Positions 48,951 through 62,216 of a DNA stretch of 64,000 nucleotides are shown in pieces. The position numbers and the translations under genes are program-made. This DNA is from Eledone cirrhosa (taxonomy: Eukaryota): NCBI GenBank assembly GCA_964016885.1, contig OZ024741.1:140926001-140990000 (forward strand), given 5' to 3'. The notes beneath the pieces are model-generated. The model worked only from the letters and a program-made list of their open reading frames with translations, did no database searches and had not been told where the DNA came from. The stretch's first letter is position 1; every line of letters starts with the position of its first letter.

Positions 48951-50559
48951 TTGTATGCTGTATCAACGAACATTTCATTTATTCAGTTTTACATATCCTG
49001 TCCTCTCGGACTACTTTACGAGGCAGACATAATGAAGTTTTACAGAGTTATTGAAAATGGCATAATTTCCTTAGTTGTCACACGCGTTCAATTAGTAGAC
49101 GACACAACTCTATTAAATATAATACACCGACTCTCTATATACGTATAGTTAAGTACGTAGTCAATGATATGGTAACCAATTTAATTATGAGATATTTGCA
49201 AATGTATATTATTACTACTACAATATCGTAATTGGACATCTAAAAAATAATTTACAATATTGTATATTGAATATTAATTAGCGTTGATGGGGGGCGTGTT
49301 TTTAGAACGTCAGATAGGTGGATTTGTGGTATTCGGGCTGACTCGCTGCACTTTGAGTTCAAACAACGCCTAAGTCAACGTTTGCCTTACTCCTTTCATG
49401 GTCGATAAATAGATACCACTCGTCCTGGGCTGAATTTTTCCTACATACAAATTCACACACACACATACACATTCTCTCTCACTCGCTCTCTCTCTCCTCT
49501 CTCTATCTATCTCTATCTCTCTCTCTAACTCACCTTCTCTATCTCTCTCTTTTTCTCTCTCTATATATATCTATCAATCTATCTTCCTTTCTTCTTTTTT
49601 ACCGGAAGAAATCGGTGTTCAGTCCAGGAGAGAGATAGACTGCAGCAGGTTTACGTTGTCAAGACAGACAGTATATAACGATTAAGCCACTATGAGTCAA
49701 TCAGAGTTTAATGGTCCATGCATGCATACAATGAATGTTTACATACACACAGAGATTGATATTTCAAAAAGTATTGAAATAAGATATGATGTCTAGGCTT
49801 TCCTCAAGAAATATGTGAAATCAATAATGAAAGCCAGATCTCATATTCAGTTACTTATGATTTACATTTAAATTTTAATTATCTCACAGTCAGAATAATA
49901 AAGTTTTATCGGAAGGACACAACGTTCAGAGCTTCCAATCTTTATAATGCTGTGCTGAGAAAGCTGAGCTACACAGGTCAATGAATGAACCCGTACTTGT
50001 TTACAAGACCTGTAAGAGACCAGCCAAATATCCCTTTTACTACCTTCTAACGTTTTAAAAGAAATAAAGGAGTTTGACAAAAAAAGAAAGAAGGAATGAT
50101 GATAGAAATGCTCAATCAGGGCTGACATTGGGGTTAGCAACAACCACAAACTACAGTTGGAAGCTCATATTAGAAATACGCTCTCGAATATATCTAGAAA
50201 ACATATGTGGTCTGTTGAGCAATTTTTATCGGAGCACCCGCCATATATACGAACATAGTTTCTTCAATGAGTCTGTTGTTTCTATGCAGTAGTCCATCGT
50301 AATCATACATGATGGATAAACAAACGCAAGAAATCATATTGTTTGTGTATATTACTATATTTATCAAAATCATATCTTGATTCAACCATGGTAGAAAATA
50401 GATTGATATGATACAGTGGATACATGCCACTCTTATGAACACGACCATCTACTTAGATTAAAAAGTTAGTTCTTTTATCTATATTTCTAAAATTAATTAT
50501 TACTATAGTAATTTTATGAGTACAATCCTAACTTGTGTGTCTCAACATTGTATGACACT

Positions 50560-50830
50560 TCGATCCTTTGCAGGTTAAGGATCAGTCTGCTTCGTGGAAC
50601 CGGTGGAGATTTTGAGAAGACACTATCCCAGAGGAAAGGGAGGGAGTAGCGTTGGAATAGCCACTCCACATCGGGGGGCTCACACGTACGGATAGCCAAC
50701 TCTGCTCCGATAGCACTGATTAGGGATGTGAGCTGGAGGCCATAAACGGTGGAAGTCTCCACGGTCACAGGTTCCACCACAAACCTATGAGTGGGGGGCC
50801 AATGCTCAAAGCGTATTTTGATGACCTCTA
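50560..50830 (-). mobile_element. CRE-clade 3' fragment
   Basis: HRFVVEPVTVETSTVYG...EPPDVEWLFQRYSL, homologous to the 21-kb CRE piece. Confidence 0.7.
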
Positions 50831-50922
50831 CCTGAATCATTATTCACACAAAAACACAAATGCATTTTTATTGCTTAACCAGGAAGAAAAGGGAAGTTAC
50901 CACGAGACTTTATTATATTTTT

Positions 50923-51108
50923 GGTGGTTTGGCAGTATCGGTAGAGGGTCGGAAAACATGCTTTGTGGCACAGAGTTACGTCCCTTTCTGATCTGAGTTC
51001 AAATCCTGCCGAGGTTAACTTTGCCTTTCATCCTTGCGGGGTCGATAAAATAAAGTACCAGTAATGCACTGGGTAATTGCTGGCCTTGTGCCAAAAGTAG
51101 AAACAATT
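50923..51108 (+). mobile_element. Family A SINE
   Basis: Full-length copy. Confidence 0.9.
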
Positions 51109-52799
51109 ATATTTTAAGCCCCGGTAGATGAACGAGATTAAAGAAGACTTAAGCTGAATCCTTGCAACAAAATGTACTTTGCTATATGTACAAAAGGACC
51201 CTGTAGAAGTGTTAAATCTGGTGATAAATTAGGTCTAACATGCATGTCTTTATACATGCATATATACGCAGACAGAGATACCGACAGAAAGACATACTAT
51301 GGAGTAAGTCAAGAATGCCTGCATACATAAACGTAGAGAGTCCCATTTTCAGTCGACCTAGTGATGGCATTTGATCAATATATATATATGATAATTGAAT
51401 GCGAACAGAACACAATCAAGACACATTTATATTAATGTCCCGTCTGTAGTAAATGTTGCACAAAGCAAGCAATACACATACTAAACTATTCCTGAAAGGG
51501 TGTTGTATAACTGTTACAATTGAAGTTAATGACAAAATATTGTAAAACCACACTTAGATAAAGTTGAAATTTTCGTCTTACAAACATATAGGCTAAAAAC
51601 ATTTTCAATGTGCGTGTACGACAGTAAGATAGTCATTCTTGGTATTGCATAACATTTTATATTAAGTCGGTGTTCACGTATTTACGATAGTCTGTGGGGA
51701 TTTGGGCTTCTTGTCTCGTTTCTCTAAACTGTCATTCTTTTCCTTGGTTTGATAATTTGGGTGATTTGTCATCGGGATCCTCTGGGCATTTTATTAATGT
51801 GCCTTCACAGCTATTTTTGCTGAAGTCACCGAATAGAGTGCAGTCTTCAGAACATTGGATATTTGTTCCGAGACTCTGCGTTTTAGTTCAAATCTCACCG
51901 GGGTTCACTTTGTCTTTCATCATTTTAGGGGTGATAAAAATATGTCAGTGCAGTTTTGGTGCAGCCCCCTCTCAATTCTAGCTATCGCATCCTGAATAAA
52001 CGCAGGAAGCTTAGAAGGCTTTCTGTGTCCACTCGTGACTGAAATGGTACCAAAAACAGTTTGTTAAAACACTGTACATACTAGTAAGTAACTCTCAATT
52101 GCGTTGTACTTTGTAATGGAACATTATCGGTTGTTTAAACTTCACAGATAAGGCTTTGATAAAACCGAAATTATAGTAAAGGCACTTGCATCATACAGCC
52201 CGCAGTGTGATTGAACACGTGATATTATTATTGTGAAGCGCACGTTTTATCTATCCTGTTGTGTCCATACATATATGTATGGGCATATGCTGAGTAGGGA
52301 TGACATTCAGGGAGTGCTGGACCGCCATTGGTTCCGACGATGGGTGCTCTAGTTGATTTGATCAACGGAATAGCCTGCACATGAAATTAAAGAGTAAGTA
52401 GCTGGGAATTCCATAGACATGTATTTTTTACGTTGTTATCAGGGAGTTTCAGTGTAGCACTGTGTGTTTCGCAAGGTTTACGCTTTGAATTACAGGGAAG
52501 AACTAATTTTATTCCGGTTGAGTGAATTTGAGCAACATGAATTAAAGTGTTTTGCTCAAACACAAAGTTGGTACCCCGGTCCAAGATTCGAAAACGGGAG
52601 CTTACGATACTTAACCGCATGCGTAAAATATTAAAGCACTGGCTTTCACATACGAGATTAATAGTTTGCAAATATAAAACTCCTCTTTAAAATGTTACAT
52701 ATTCTGTTAATCACATTGTGTTGTACCAACGGTGGTAACTCATAGAACAACCTAAATCACAACCATTATTATCAATATTATGAATTTGACATCTCAGTC

Positions 52800-53480
52800 A
52801 TTGATGTTATTTAACGCGAAAATTATCCCGAATGAACATTAAGCTGCTACCCACAGCCTCAGATAGCCAGGACCTATCGGAAGGTCAATGCTGTTCCCAG
52901 TAGGTTGCCTTTTGAAGTGTTTCAAAAAGGTGAATCGGCTAATGGTCTTTGGCCATCCTCGGAAACTCTTCGAAACAGTATCTAGTGCCTATGAAAATGG
53001 GGACGACATTGATTTTCTTACAGCCCCAAATTGTTTTCAGTTTCCACATTAGATCCAGGTACCAGTTAATTTACTAACTTTCCATTTTTTACACTCTTGT
53101 GTCAAAGGAGGAAGCTACGTCGATAATCAAGCAACATCTTTTTTTCTTTGTCAACAACCAGCAAGTCGGGTCTATTGTGTTCTAAATCTTTACCTGTTTG
53201 TATCCTGAAATCCCACAGCATCTTCACCCGATTTCTTTTTCTATCACCGACGCTCGTTTATGCTCATACCACTTCTCAGCTTGGGAGAAATAATTTATTT
53301 TGCCTAAATGCCAGTGGATCGCTTTTCCTATGATATCCTGCCCCCATTTTTATTAATGTGTTTGGGCTAGGCCTTTATAGTCGGATACGATATGAGCCAC
53401 AGTCTCACTTTCTATCCATAGACCCTACTGAGCGGGCTTGTTAATATGATGTTTTATCACTTCGTTCATAGGGATTGATC
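52800..53480 (-). mobile_element. R4/Dong-clade LINE 3' fragment
   Basis: rc MLWDFRIQTGKDLEHNRPDLLVVDKEKRCCLIIDVASSFDTRV, homologous to 61755-62216. Confidence 0.8.
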
Positions 53481-53859
53481 CTGCTAATAACATCCACTCT
53501 ATAGCTTTCTTAAGGTCTGAATTCTTGTCTGAGCATCTCTGAATTCAGTTTTCTCCGAGAAGACACTATGAAGAGCTTTTTCATTCAGGAAATTCCTCTT
53601 TGTCGTTACTTCATTCTTCGATATCCCCCGGTCTATTATCTCCTTCTTCAATACAGCCCTAAGCATTGGCTCGTTACCCCCAGACATATTTAAGTAAAAA
53701 GCTCTTCTCCACCTGAACACAGATCTCCCCGCTGTAAGATCTCTTCCGCCTTCTCTCTTTAACTACAGCCTATGAAGATCACTCTCCTTATGAAACAAAC
53801 TGTAGGTAGTAATTAATTTCCTTGTCTTTCTATCCAGATAACAGCCAATGGAATATAGG

Positions 53860-54590
53860 AATCAATTACTAACTGCACAAGAAGCAAATCGCCAGGTTTG
53901 GATGTTCTGCTCTACAAGCATCACGCAAACATGCGAAATTTGTTCGGCACATCTTAATGAAAGTTACACCAATTGGCAATAGAACGAGAGAAATTCCTAG
54001 TTCTGGGAGCCGATGGGCTGTGGTGCTGTAGAGAAAGGAGCCGAACAAAGAGGTCCATATAGATAATTTCAGGCCATAACTCTGTTAAACGCAGAGGTTA
54101 AAATTTTGGCCAGTGTATTTGGAGAGGCGCAAACATGTGCCATTCCGGATAGATCCATTCACAGCAACCTCCACCATAAACCATACCTGATAGAGAGGGT
54201 GGCTAAGGTACCTGGCACGGTTGGGATTCTAAGGAAATTAGATCAGTTGAAAGCTTTCAATAGAGTCGACGATCGGTACCTGGTGGCAGTCCTCAAGGCA
54301 GTGGGGATTGCTGCAATGCCCAGTGTCATCTGTTCAGTGTTTACAGTGAACGACCACCTCTCAGAACCGTTCAATAAGTTGTCATCTCTTGTCTCTGTTG
54401 TATGTGTTTGACTCTTCAGCCACTACTACACAAATTGTAGGCGTTGAGAGGCATCTCACGTGAACTATGATGTGGAGGATCCATGTCAGCTAATGCCTAC
54501 GACATCACCGTAGTGCTGTCTAGAAGAAAATTTGTAGAGTTCATCGAAATATGCTCTCCAGGAATATGAAGCGATAACAGGAGCAAAAGT
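53860..54590 (+). mobile_element. L1/Tx1-like LINE RT relic
   Basis: KSPGLD, NFRPITLLNAEVKILA, QTCAIPDRSIHSNLH, LDQLKAFNRVD. Many frameshifts. Confidence 0.75.
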
Positions 54591-54838
54591 TGTTCGTGTT
54601 CAATGGTTATTTTGTATGACAATTCGAGTAGGATCGTTCCTTTACCTCCGTTTTGTCTAGGGAGATAGAGGCGATCCACAAATGCTTTGGAGGGGGGGGG
54701 GGGTTTATTACAGCTCAGATGTTTCCTCATTTTGATGGACATTTTCTATTTCATTAACGTTCCAATCTATGATATCGACACTAAAGGTGAAACCTGAGAT
54801 TGCAAGCGCATTTATCTTCATTATTATGATTAAAGATT

Positions 54839-55462
54839 AGGCGGTGGATTGGCAGTATCGGTAGAGGCTCGGACGCCATGCTTTCCAGCATAGTTACGTC
54901 CCTTTACGATCTGTGTTCAAATCCCGCCGAGGTTGACTTTGCCTTTCATCCTTACGGGGTCGATAAAATAAAGTACCAGTAATGCACTGGGTAATTGCTG
55001 GCCTTGTGCCTAAAGTAGAAACAATTATTATGATCAAAGTAAAGTACCAGTAATGCACTGGGTAATTGATGGCCTTGTGCCTAAAGTGGAAACAATTATT
55101 ATGATTAAAGGGCGGTGGATTGGCAGTATCGGTAGAGGGTCGGACGCCATGCTTTGACGCATAGAATTATGGTCCTTGTCATTCAGAGTTCAAATCTCGC
55201 CGAGGTTTACTTTGCCTTTCATCCTCACGGGGTCGATGAAATAAAGTACCAGTAATGCACCGGGTAATTGCTGGCCTTGTATCAAAAGTAGAAACAATTA
55301 TTATTATTAAAGGGCGGTGGATTGACAGTATCGGTAGAGCATAGTTACGTACCTTTACGTTCAGAGTTCAAATCCCGCCGAGGTTAAACTTTGCCTTTCA
55401 CCCTTACGGGGTCGATAAAATAAAATACCAGTAATGCTCTGGGATAATTGCTGGCCTTGTGC
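54839..55462 (+). mobile_element. Tandem array of family A SINEs (3 near-full + 1 duplicated tail)
   Basis: Units start near 54839, 55040 (tail only), 55110 and 55312. Confidence 0.9.
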
Positions 55463-55607
<145 letters not shown>

Positions 55608-55866
55608 AATCTTTTACGACGTAAGAACTATTTACTAAATTCAGATTGATGATAAAAACAATATTCAAGACTATAGTTGGTAACATCATTTCCCTTAGCT
55701 TAGTCGATATTATTATTATTATTAATCTTTTACGGTGTAAACACTATTTACTAAATTCAGATTGATGATAAAAACACCACTGATATAAACTTGTGCGTTC
55801 CCCAAGGGTGTGGATCTGTGGAATGTTCTTGTACTAAATATTCATATGTGTGTATGTATTTATATA

Positions 55867-55943
<77 letters not shown>

Positions 55944-56794
55944 GAATATTAGTGTTTTTTCAATTTTATCTTCATAATCATATTTTGTCTAATTCACACG
56001 GGAACATATCCTACACTACAACGCGTTATTCACTTTAGAAATGCGATGAATTTTTAAGTCTTCATATTTTTTCCTTTTTCCATCTAATTTTCAAACAGAA
56101 ATATTGCATCCCATTAAATTATTATCATAAAATCTAGAGTAAGTGCTCTTTTAACTTCTTACTGCAACAGAATATGTCATTCTTTAAACTCAGCTTCAAA
56201 CATATGTTGATTTATTCTGACATCACCTTCGCACACTTACATTATTAACATATACACAAACACACACACGCACGCATACAAACACACACACATATGAGTG
56301 TATATATATATATGTGTGTGTGTGTGTGTGCGTGTGTGTGTGTGTGCGTGTATATGTATAGACACATTACTTCCCATATCTACCTATACTATCTAGTTAG
56401 ATAAAGGTATATCGCAACTAAGAGCAGTCATTTCAAATGGACACAGCATATACACAGAATAAAAATAAAATTTATAGCAAGCAATCTGTACGAACCAACG
56501 TAAAGAGTTAAATCTCTATACTTTTGTAATTTCAACAATGCTCAGCGTGAAAGTATCAGCTGTATGTGAAGGAACATGGGGAAATAGCTTTGTCAGCATT
56601 ACCTCAGATATGATCCAACTGACAGCCATACTGGAAAAAATGTCATTTTGGCAGTCCAAATCCCTGTTAATGAATCATTGAAAAATGTACATCGTTGCAT
56701 AATTTTTCTCCATCCCCAGGTGTTCATGTGTTCAAATAGATTTCTATACGATATTTCATTGTCAAAAACGTTGAAGTAACTAACTTTAATCCCT

Positions 56795-57872
56795 CTCTAT
56801 ATAAAATTATTTATCTCTGTGTCTGTCTGACTGTTGTTATACATTCTGTAACGGTTGGACTAAATCGTATCAAATTTTACAAATTAGAACCCGGGAGTGT
56901 CATCATGTAATTTTTAATTTCATTTGGATTAAAACAATATAAGATTGTATCTAAAATAATATTTTTATATTCAACTATAATAAACCAGCCCACCACCATT
57001 ACGACGGACGTCAAATTTTGTATATGTATGTGTGTGTATGTGTCTGTGAGTGTGTGTGTTTGTGCGTTCGTTATGTACGTTAGGCCTCAGATAATTAAAC
57101 ACACACACACACATCTACACATACATACATATAATGTGTTTGAGTGCATGTGAGAGTGTAGACGTCACATTTTGTAAGTGTATGTGTCTGTCTTAGTATA
57201 TGTATGTGAATTTATGATTGACTGCATGTGTGTGTGAGTGTATGTGTGTTGACTGACAACGATATTTTCTTTAGGAAACTATAGTAAACCACCACGAAGT
57301 GACAATATGTATATGAGTGTGCGCACAGACAATTAAAAACACACACACACATCTACACATACAGATGCATATGTGATGACAGACAGGTGTGCGTGAATGT
57401 ATGTCTGTGTGTGTCTGTCTTAGTATATGTATGCGAGTGTGTGTGTGTGAGTGTATGTGAGAGTGCGTGTGTGTGTGAGTGTGTGTGCGTGTATATGAAA
57501 GTGTATGTGTGATAATTTTTATTTTCATTTGTATTAAAACAATAGGACGTCACATTTTGTATATGAATATGTATGTGTCTGTGAGAGTGCGTGTGTTTGC
57601 GCGTTCATTAGGTACGTTATTAAATACACACACATCTACACATACAATGAATATTGTTTACCCAAAGGTGCTCCAAGATTGACACATTTTCATTTCTAAA
57701 TTCAATTATCATTACAATCTTTATATATATATTTTTTAAATATATATATTTTGAAATAATCATCAGAAAAAATCTTTATATTTACTAATCTATACATATT
57801 TACTATATCTTCATGTTTACTAATCTGAATAAGAACAGCCCTAACCCGGGCAACGTCGGGTAATTCACCTGT
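56795..57872 (+). mobile_element. Non-autonomous Helitron
   Basis: 5' TCTATATAAAA. Remnant TMNIVYPKVL* of the RepHel C-terminus. Subterminal hairpin ACCCGG gcaac GTCGGGT followed by a CTAG-like CTGT. Confidence 0.6.
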
Positions 57873-58202
57873 CTTATATATATATATAAAAGAGAGATGT
57901 TTGTTTGTTCGTTGGTGTCTTCACGCATACCGCCAAGACAAAAGCTTACGATCGAAAATTAAGTACACCAATGGAATAAGGGTATATGCAGGAAGATTTA
58001 TTGATACTCATTTATTAACATCAAAGATGAATAAAAACATCCCGGATATGCAAACCAACCCGACTTCTAATTATAGCAGGATGGGGGACAACCATAAGAG
58101 ATTCTCTCAACGTGATCAGCGATGTTCGTGATTCGCGGGCCAGCGTTTCTGTGGATTCGAAAGCTGGTTTCTATACACACACATTGATATATAATTATCT
58201 AT

Positions 58203-58505
58203 ATCTATATCCATATATAATATAAAAGATAGGAACTCGCATATTCCCTTTGAGAAACCTGGCCCCCGCCACACCTATAGCATTCAAGCTGATGATGAAC
58301 CATCTACTAGAGTTAACTATTCTTGGAGGTAATCATCAAGAAGAAAATGCATTTATTCCTAAGAATCCTCTCATCCCTTCCTCTACTGAGCGGCAGTTCA
58401 AATTCTCAAAACTTCACATCCCTGTTAGGACCAGTTTTGCTATGACGATAAAGAAGGCTCAGAGTCAGGGTCTCAGAGTTGTAGGGTTCCATATAAAAGA
58501 ATCAA
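58203..58505 (+). mobile_element. Helitron helicase C-terminal fragment
   Basis: AFIPKNPLIPS...FKFSKLHIPVRTSFAMTIKKAQSQGLRVVG resembles R.QFP.R..FAMTINK.QGQ.L..VG. Confidence 0.85.
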
Positions 58506-58889
58506 GAAAGCAAGACACAAACAAACACGAGGAAGCGTTCACATAAAGTCGTATTAGTTTCATGCATAAGAGAAAGAGAGTGAGTTACACAGTCAAGCTA
58601 TCGGGCATTTGCCCTTCCACGGGAAAAACAGTGTTCAGAGTGTAGAAAGACGGAATTTAAAAGAAAAAACGTATAGAAAAAATAAAATTAAGAAAATTAG
58701 AAAGAAGATAAAAAGGAGGAGTAGTGATGTCCGCGGGAGTGGTCCGGTGTGTGGTTGTAGGAGGTCGAGGTGGGGGGGTGTAGACGTGTAGTTGGTGGTT
58801 GTGTGAATGTGGGGTGCATATTATACTGCGAAAGTGCGTATGTGAATTTTATGTGCGTATGAATATGCTTATATATATATACATATACA

Positions 58890-59593
<704 letters not shown>

Positions 59594-59603
59594 ATATATA
59601 TAT

Positions 59604-59843
59604 AAGGAAAAAAGATGAAATCGAAAATGCAACTGGATTCTAATTTTTTTTAAATATATATATTTATTTGGCTCCTTTACCGATTTCGCAGTTCTTCTGC
59701 TTTTCAAAAGTAGAACTGAGAATTGAGAAAAACCACATATATATATTTTTTTAAAGACTCCAGTTGCATTTCATCTTTTTTCCTTATACTTTCACTCGTG
59801 TAGGACACCTCGGTTATTTTTCATTTTGTAAAAAAAACCTCAC

Positions 59844-59850
<7 letters not shown>
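59604..59850 (+). mobile_element. Second copy of the U3-A8 hammerhead fold-back element
   Basis: Same ends as 13463-13790 but a different inversion breakpoint. Confidence 0.8.
59675..59710 (-). ncRNA. Hammerhead variant, U3-A8 core
   Basis: rc: CTT-TTGAAAA-GCAG aagaa CTGC-GAAA-TCGG-TA-AAG. Confidence 0.65.
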
Positions 59851-59887
<37 letters not shown>

Positions 59888-59981
59888 GAAGTATTTCCGC
59901 CGGAAAGGTACAGGAAAAAAGACTGCTCTATGTAGGCTACAGAGCTTATTAGTTATGTAATACACAACATAAGATGATTAT

Positions 59982-60042
59982 TTCATTTACCAGTGGTTTC
60001 TTGAAGGCAGATGTTATGTCTGTCTTCAGTCATCAGAATGAA
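59982..60042 (-). ncRNA. Type I hammerhead ribozyme
   Basis: rc: TTCATT-CTGATGA-C-TGAAGACAGA cataaca TCTGCCTTCA-A-GAAA-CCACTGG-TA-AATGAA. GUA site. Confidence 0.9.
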
Positions 60043-60508
60043 TAAATAACATGGTGTTTTTATTAAATATGGTTTTGAAAACAACTTAAAAATAAACAAA
60101 TACATACGATATATATATATATATATAGATAGATAGATATATATACCTATACACACATACAAACACACACATATATATGTATATATATAAAAATAAATAT
60201 ATATACACATATATACATATATATATGCATATATATATATACACACACATATATATATATACATATACATACATACATATACACACATCCACATGCATAC
60301 ACATACAAAACCATACAATAAATTAGATAGATTAATCTCATAGTTACATAACCCACGTACATACGTACACACGCGCGCGCGCACACAGGCACGCAATAAA
60401 AAAATTAACACACGCATACATATAAACATATATACGTAAATCCATACACACTTATATACACATATATACAAAAATACACATACATACACATACACATACA
60501 CATACACT

Positions 60509-60540
<32 letters not shown>

Positions 60541-60550
60541 CACACACACA

Positions 60551-60612
<62 letters not shown>

Positions 60613-60770
60613 CACACATTCACACCTATACATATACACACACAAACAATAGCATACATACACGTGCGTGTGTGTGTGTATAAACATATAGGCAGACAAA
60701 CTATAAATACACACACGCTCGCAGGTGGGAGTATAAAAAGGGTGAGGGGGGTGTTAAAAAAAATGAAAAA

Positions 60771-60950
60771 ATGAAAAAAGAATGCCCATTACAGGGTCAA
60801 TGTAATACCAAATCTATTGTGTATGAGGCCAAATTGACACCGATGATTAATAACCAACCAGCCAGGAGTGAACGAAATGTTGGCATGACTCAGGACAGAT
60901 TTAAAACCAGGTACTATGCACATGTTGCTTCTTTCAAACACCCTGAACGT
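60771..60950 (+). pseudogene. PLE GIY-YIG endonuclease fragment
   Basis: ECPLQGQCNTKSIVYEAKL...NVGMTQDRFKTRYYAHVASF matches PLE CPL.G.C....VVY.A...YIG.T...FK.R...H..SF. Confidence 0.85.
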
Positions 60951-61058
60951 GTGTGTATTTATAGTTTGTCTGACTATATGTGTATATACACACACACACA
61001 CACGCACGTGTATGTATGCATCCATGTGTTTGTGTGTTTGTATATGTATAGGTGTGTA

Positions 61059-61131
<73 letters not shown>

Positions 61132-61320
61132 ATATAGAAGTGGATGAATACCTCAACAGGTACAATGTACTTGTAGAAATATTCAAGTTGTTTATAATAC
61201 TTGTGGTTCAATGGTACTAATTCGAGATGCCAGAACAATATAAAAAGTAGCGAAGCAAGCGGTTATTAAACAATTCTCTAAATAAATTAAAAAACGATTC
61301 AAATAATCACCTGTTCCATT

Positions 61321-61401
61321 GCTGTTACCGACGGTTTCATCATTCCAAAAGATTGGAAATCCAGAGAATTTCCAATGGAAAGAAATGAATCTTCAGACAG
61401 C
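61321..61401 (-). ncRNA. Type I hammerhead ribozyme with long helix II
   Basis: rc: GCTGT-CTGAAGA-T-TCATT..ATTGGAAAT..ATTTCCAAT..AATGA-T-GAAA-CCGTCGG-TA-ACAGC. GUA site. Confidence 0.9.
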
Positions 61402-61754
61402 CTATTTCAACACCATAAGGTTGCAAGCCCCATAGTAAGTAAATATTTTGCTCCCTGCCTAACGCATGCGGTCAAGCCATTAAAATGATACACACGCAAA
61501 ATCAGGTCGCTGATAATAGCTGTATATTATAAACATGTTGATATTGCCACTAAAATTAGCAGTATATATATGTATGTATATGTGTGTATGTGGATATATA
61601 TATGTGTTTTTGTATATATGTGTATATAAGTGTGTATGGATTTACGTATATATGTTTATATGTATGCGTGTGTTAATTTTTTATTGCGTGCGTGTGTGCG
61701 CGTGCGCGTGTGTGTGCCTGTGCGTGTGTGCGCGTGCGCGTGTGTACCTTTGAG

Positions 61755-62216
61755 ATTCAACTATGTAATTTATAAGACGGATAAGAAATTGGAACACAAT
61801 AGGCCTGACCTGGTGGTTTTGGACAAGGAAAAAAGATCGTGCCTGATTGTAGATGTAGCCTGGCCATTCGACACGAGAGTGCAAGAAAAGGAGAGGGAGA
61901 AAATTAACCAATACCAGGATTTAAAGTCGGAGGTAAAAAGGATTTGGAACTGCCATGAATTCAAAGTCGTCCCGATTGTCATATGCGCACTAGGTACTAT
62001 CTGAAAGAGTTTCCAAGCATGGTTAAAGAAAGTTAGTCCAGCCTCGCTTTTTGGAACACTTCAAAAGGCATGCTTGCTGGGAACAGCAAGAACCGTCCGA
62101 TACGTCCTGAATATCTGAGGCTGCAGGTAGCGGCTTGATATTCATTTCAACAAACTTTTCAGTTTAATAACCTCAATGACTGAGACTCAAAGAACAATAA
62201 TAATAATAATAATAAC
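61755..62216 (+). mobile_element. R4/Dong-clade LINE 3' end (restriction-like endonuclease, 3' UTR, (TAA)n tail)
   Basis: HNRPDLVVLDK..C.IVDVAWPFD.RV..KE.EK...YQDL, VVPIVICALGT, LQKACLLGTARTVR. (TAA)n at about 62196-62213. Confidence 0.9.
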
